The position numbers were made by a program, and so were the translations under genes. The notes under the pieces were generated by a model. The model had not been told where the DNA came from and made no database searches. It worked only from the letters and a program-made list of their open reading frames with translations. Shown piece after piece: positions 63,438 through 64,000 of a stretch of DNA of 64,000 bases (position 1 is its first letter; every line of letters begins with the position of its first letter). Source of the stretch: an uncultured Chloroflexia bacterium (lineage in GTDB: Bacteria; Chloroflexota; Limnocylindria; QHBO01); contig CAWCXQ010000003.1 of assembly GCA_963799675.1 (NCBI GenBank), positions 12,162 to 76,161 of the forward strand, written 5' to 3'.

Positions 63438-64000
63438 TCAGCTGGCCACGGCCCGTGACACGCTCAGCTCGGCTGGGAGGACAGGCCGCCCGCCGAGCAT
63501 CCGGTCGGCGATGATGCGTGCGGAGGCCGGCCCAGTGGAGATTCCCCACGGCCCATGGCCTGCGCAGATGAAGAGCCCATCGATCCCTGCCACGGGACCC
63601 ATGAACGGCCGGCCATCGATCGACTGTGGTCGCGCGCAGATCCGCCGCTCGAGGACCTCAGCGGACCGTATCCCCGGAAGGAATGCCCCGGCGCGATCGA
63701 CAAGCAACGCGGCGACGGGCACGGGCTCCGGCTCGGCGGGCAGGAAGGTCGAGCCGAGGCTGCTCACCCCATCGGCGCTGGCGAGGCTGAAGAGCGACGG
63801 TGGCTCACCTTCGGCCGAGGCGGCTGCGCGGGCTGTGGCGGCCGCCGGGCGGTTGACGGCATCGACCTCATCCTCCTCGACGACGTGGCGCGGCGAATCC
63901 GCCAGCCGCAGCTGAAGCGTCACGCCCCAGGTCGGGCGGATCGGCTCCCAGGCGCCGGTCGCGTCGACCAGCTGCGGGCTCCACGGGCCCGCGGCCACGA
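63438..64000 (-). CDS. FAD-dependent oxidoreductase (DAO/glycine-oxidase-like), C-terminal part; gene continues past the right edge
   Basis: ORF 63438..63998: ..RICARPQSIDGRPFMGPVAGIDGLFICAGHGPWGISTGPASARIIADRMLG.., a typical DAO-family C-terminus. The frame stays open to the window end. Confidence 0.6.
   Translation of the reverse strand, partial: VAAGPWSPQLVDATGAWEPIRPTWGVTLQLRLADSPRHVVEEDEVDAVNRPAAATARAAASAEGEPPSLFSLASADGVSSLGSTFLPAEPEPVPVAALLVDRAGAFLPGIRSAEVLERRICARPQSIDGRPFMGPVAGIDGLFICAGHGPWGISTGPASARIIADRMLGGRPVLPAELSVSRAVAS

Overview
The window is a composite of two unrelated genomes.

**Left part (1-44561).** About 45 genes of a Bradyrhizobiaceae/Rhizobiales-type alphaproteobacterial chromosome:
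- Lon-N and a thioredoxin/YbbN-like gene, a tandem DUF3551 pair, and tRNA-Gly.
- A K+ channel plus a TAXI binding protein, a Bug/TctC receptor, and ggt.
- The large NAD-glutamate dehydrogenase, then purH, a heparinase-like gene, and rsmB.
- An L,D-transpeptidase, acs, gpsA, tsaD, and hemC-hemD-mitofilin(Mic60)-like-hemY.
- tRNA-Thr, two ParA-like genes, and an MFS transporter.
- A catabolic-looking cluster with a NitT/TauT-type ABC importer.
- cpaB-cpaC plus a lipoprotein from a Tad pilus locus.

**Junction (about 44562-44614).** The sequence switches abruptly into the last ~155 codons of a dnaK.

**Right part (44615-64000).** About 30 genes with Gram-positive/Terrabacteria-like core gene order and high GC:
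- mscL, xthA, a ycaQ/alkZ-like gene, and a CIRCE operator followed by dnaJ-prmA-rsmE-HIT.
- Three ECF sigma/anti-sigma pairs.
- rpsU-yqeY-pgpH-ybeY, a GNAT gene, a DinB gene, and amt.
- A secreted Cys-rich repeat protein and an FAD oxidoreductase.

**Frameshifts.** By my reading, about 60% of the genes in both parts are broken by one or more frameshifts, including core housekeeping genes. This looks like assembly indel error rather than biology. I mark these genes as pseudogenes because that is what the sequence shows.

**Not found.** I saw no CRISPR array, IS element or transposase, integrase, prophage, or recognisable defence system.

**Best candidates for something new.**
- The chimeric joint itself.
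- The Cys-rich repeat surface protein next to an ECF module.
- The orphan ParA-like pair beside tRNA-Thr.
- The translationally coupled K+ channel/TAXI pair.
- The lyase-RidA-M24-hydrolase-ABC-CMD cluster, whose substrate is unknown.

All calls come from reading translations by eye. No searches or composition statistics were run.
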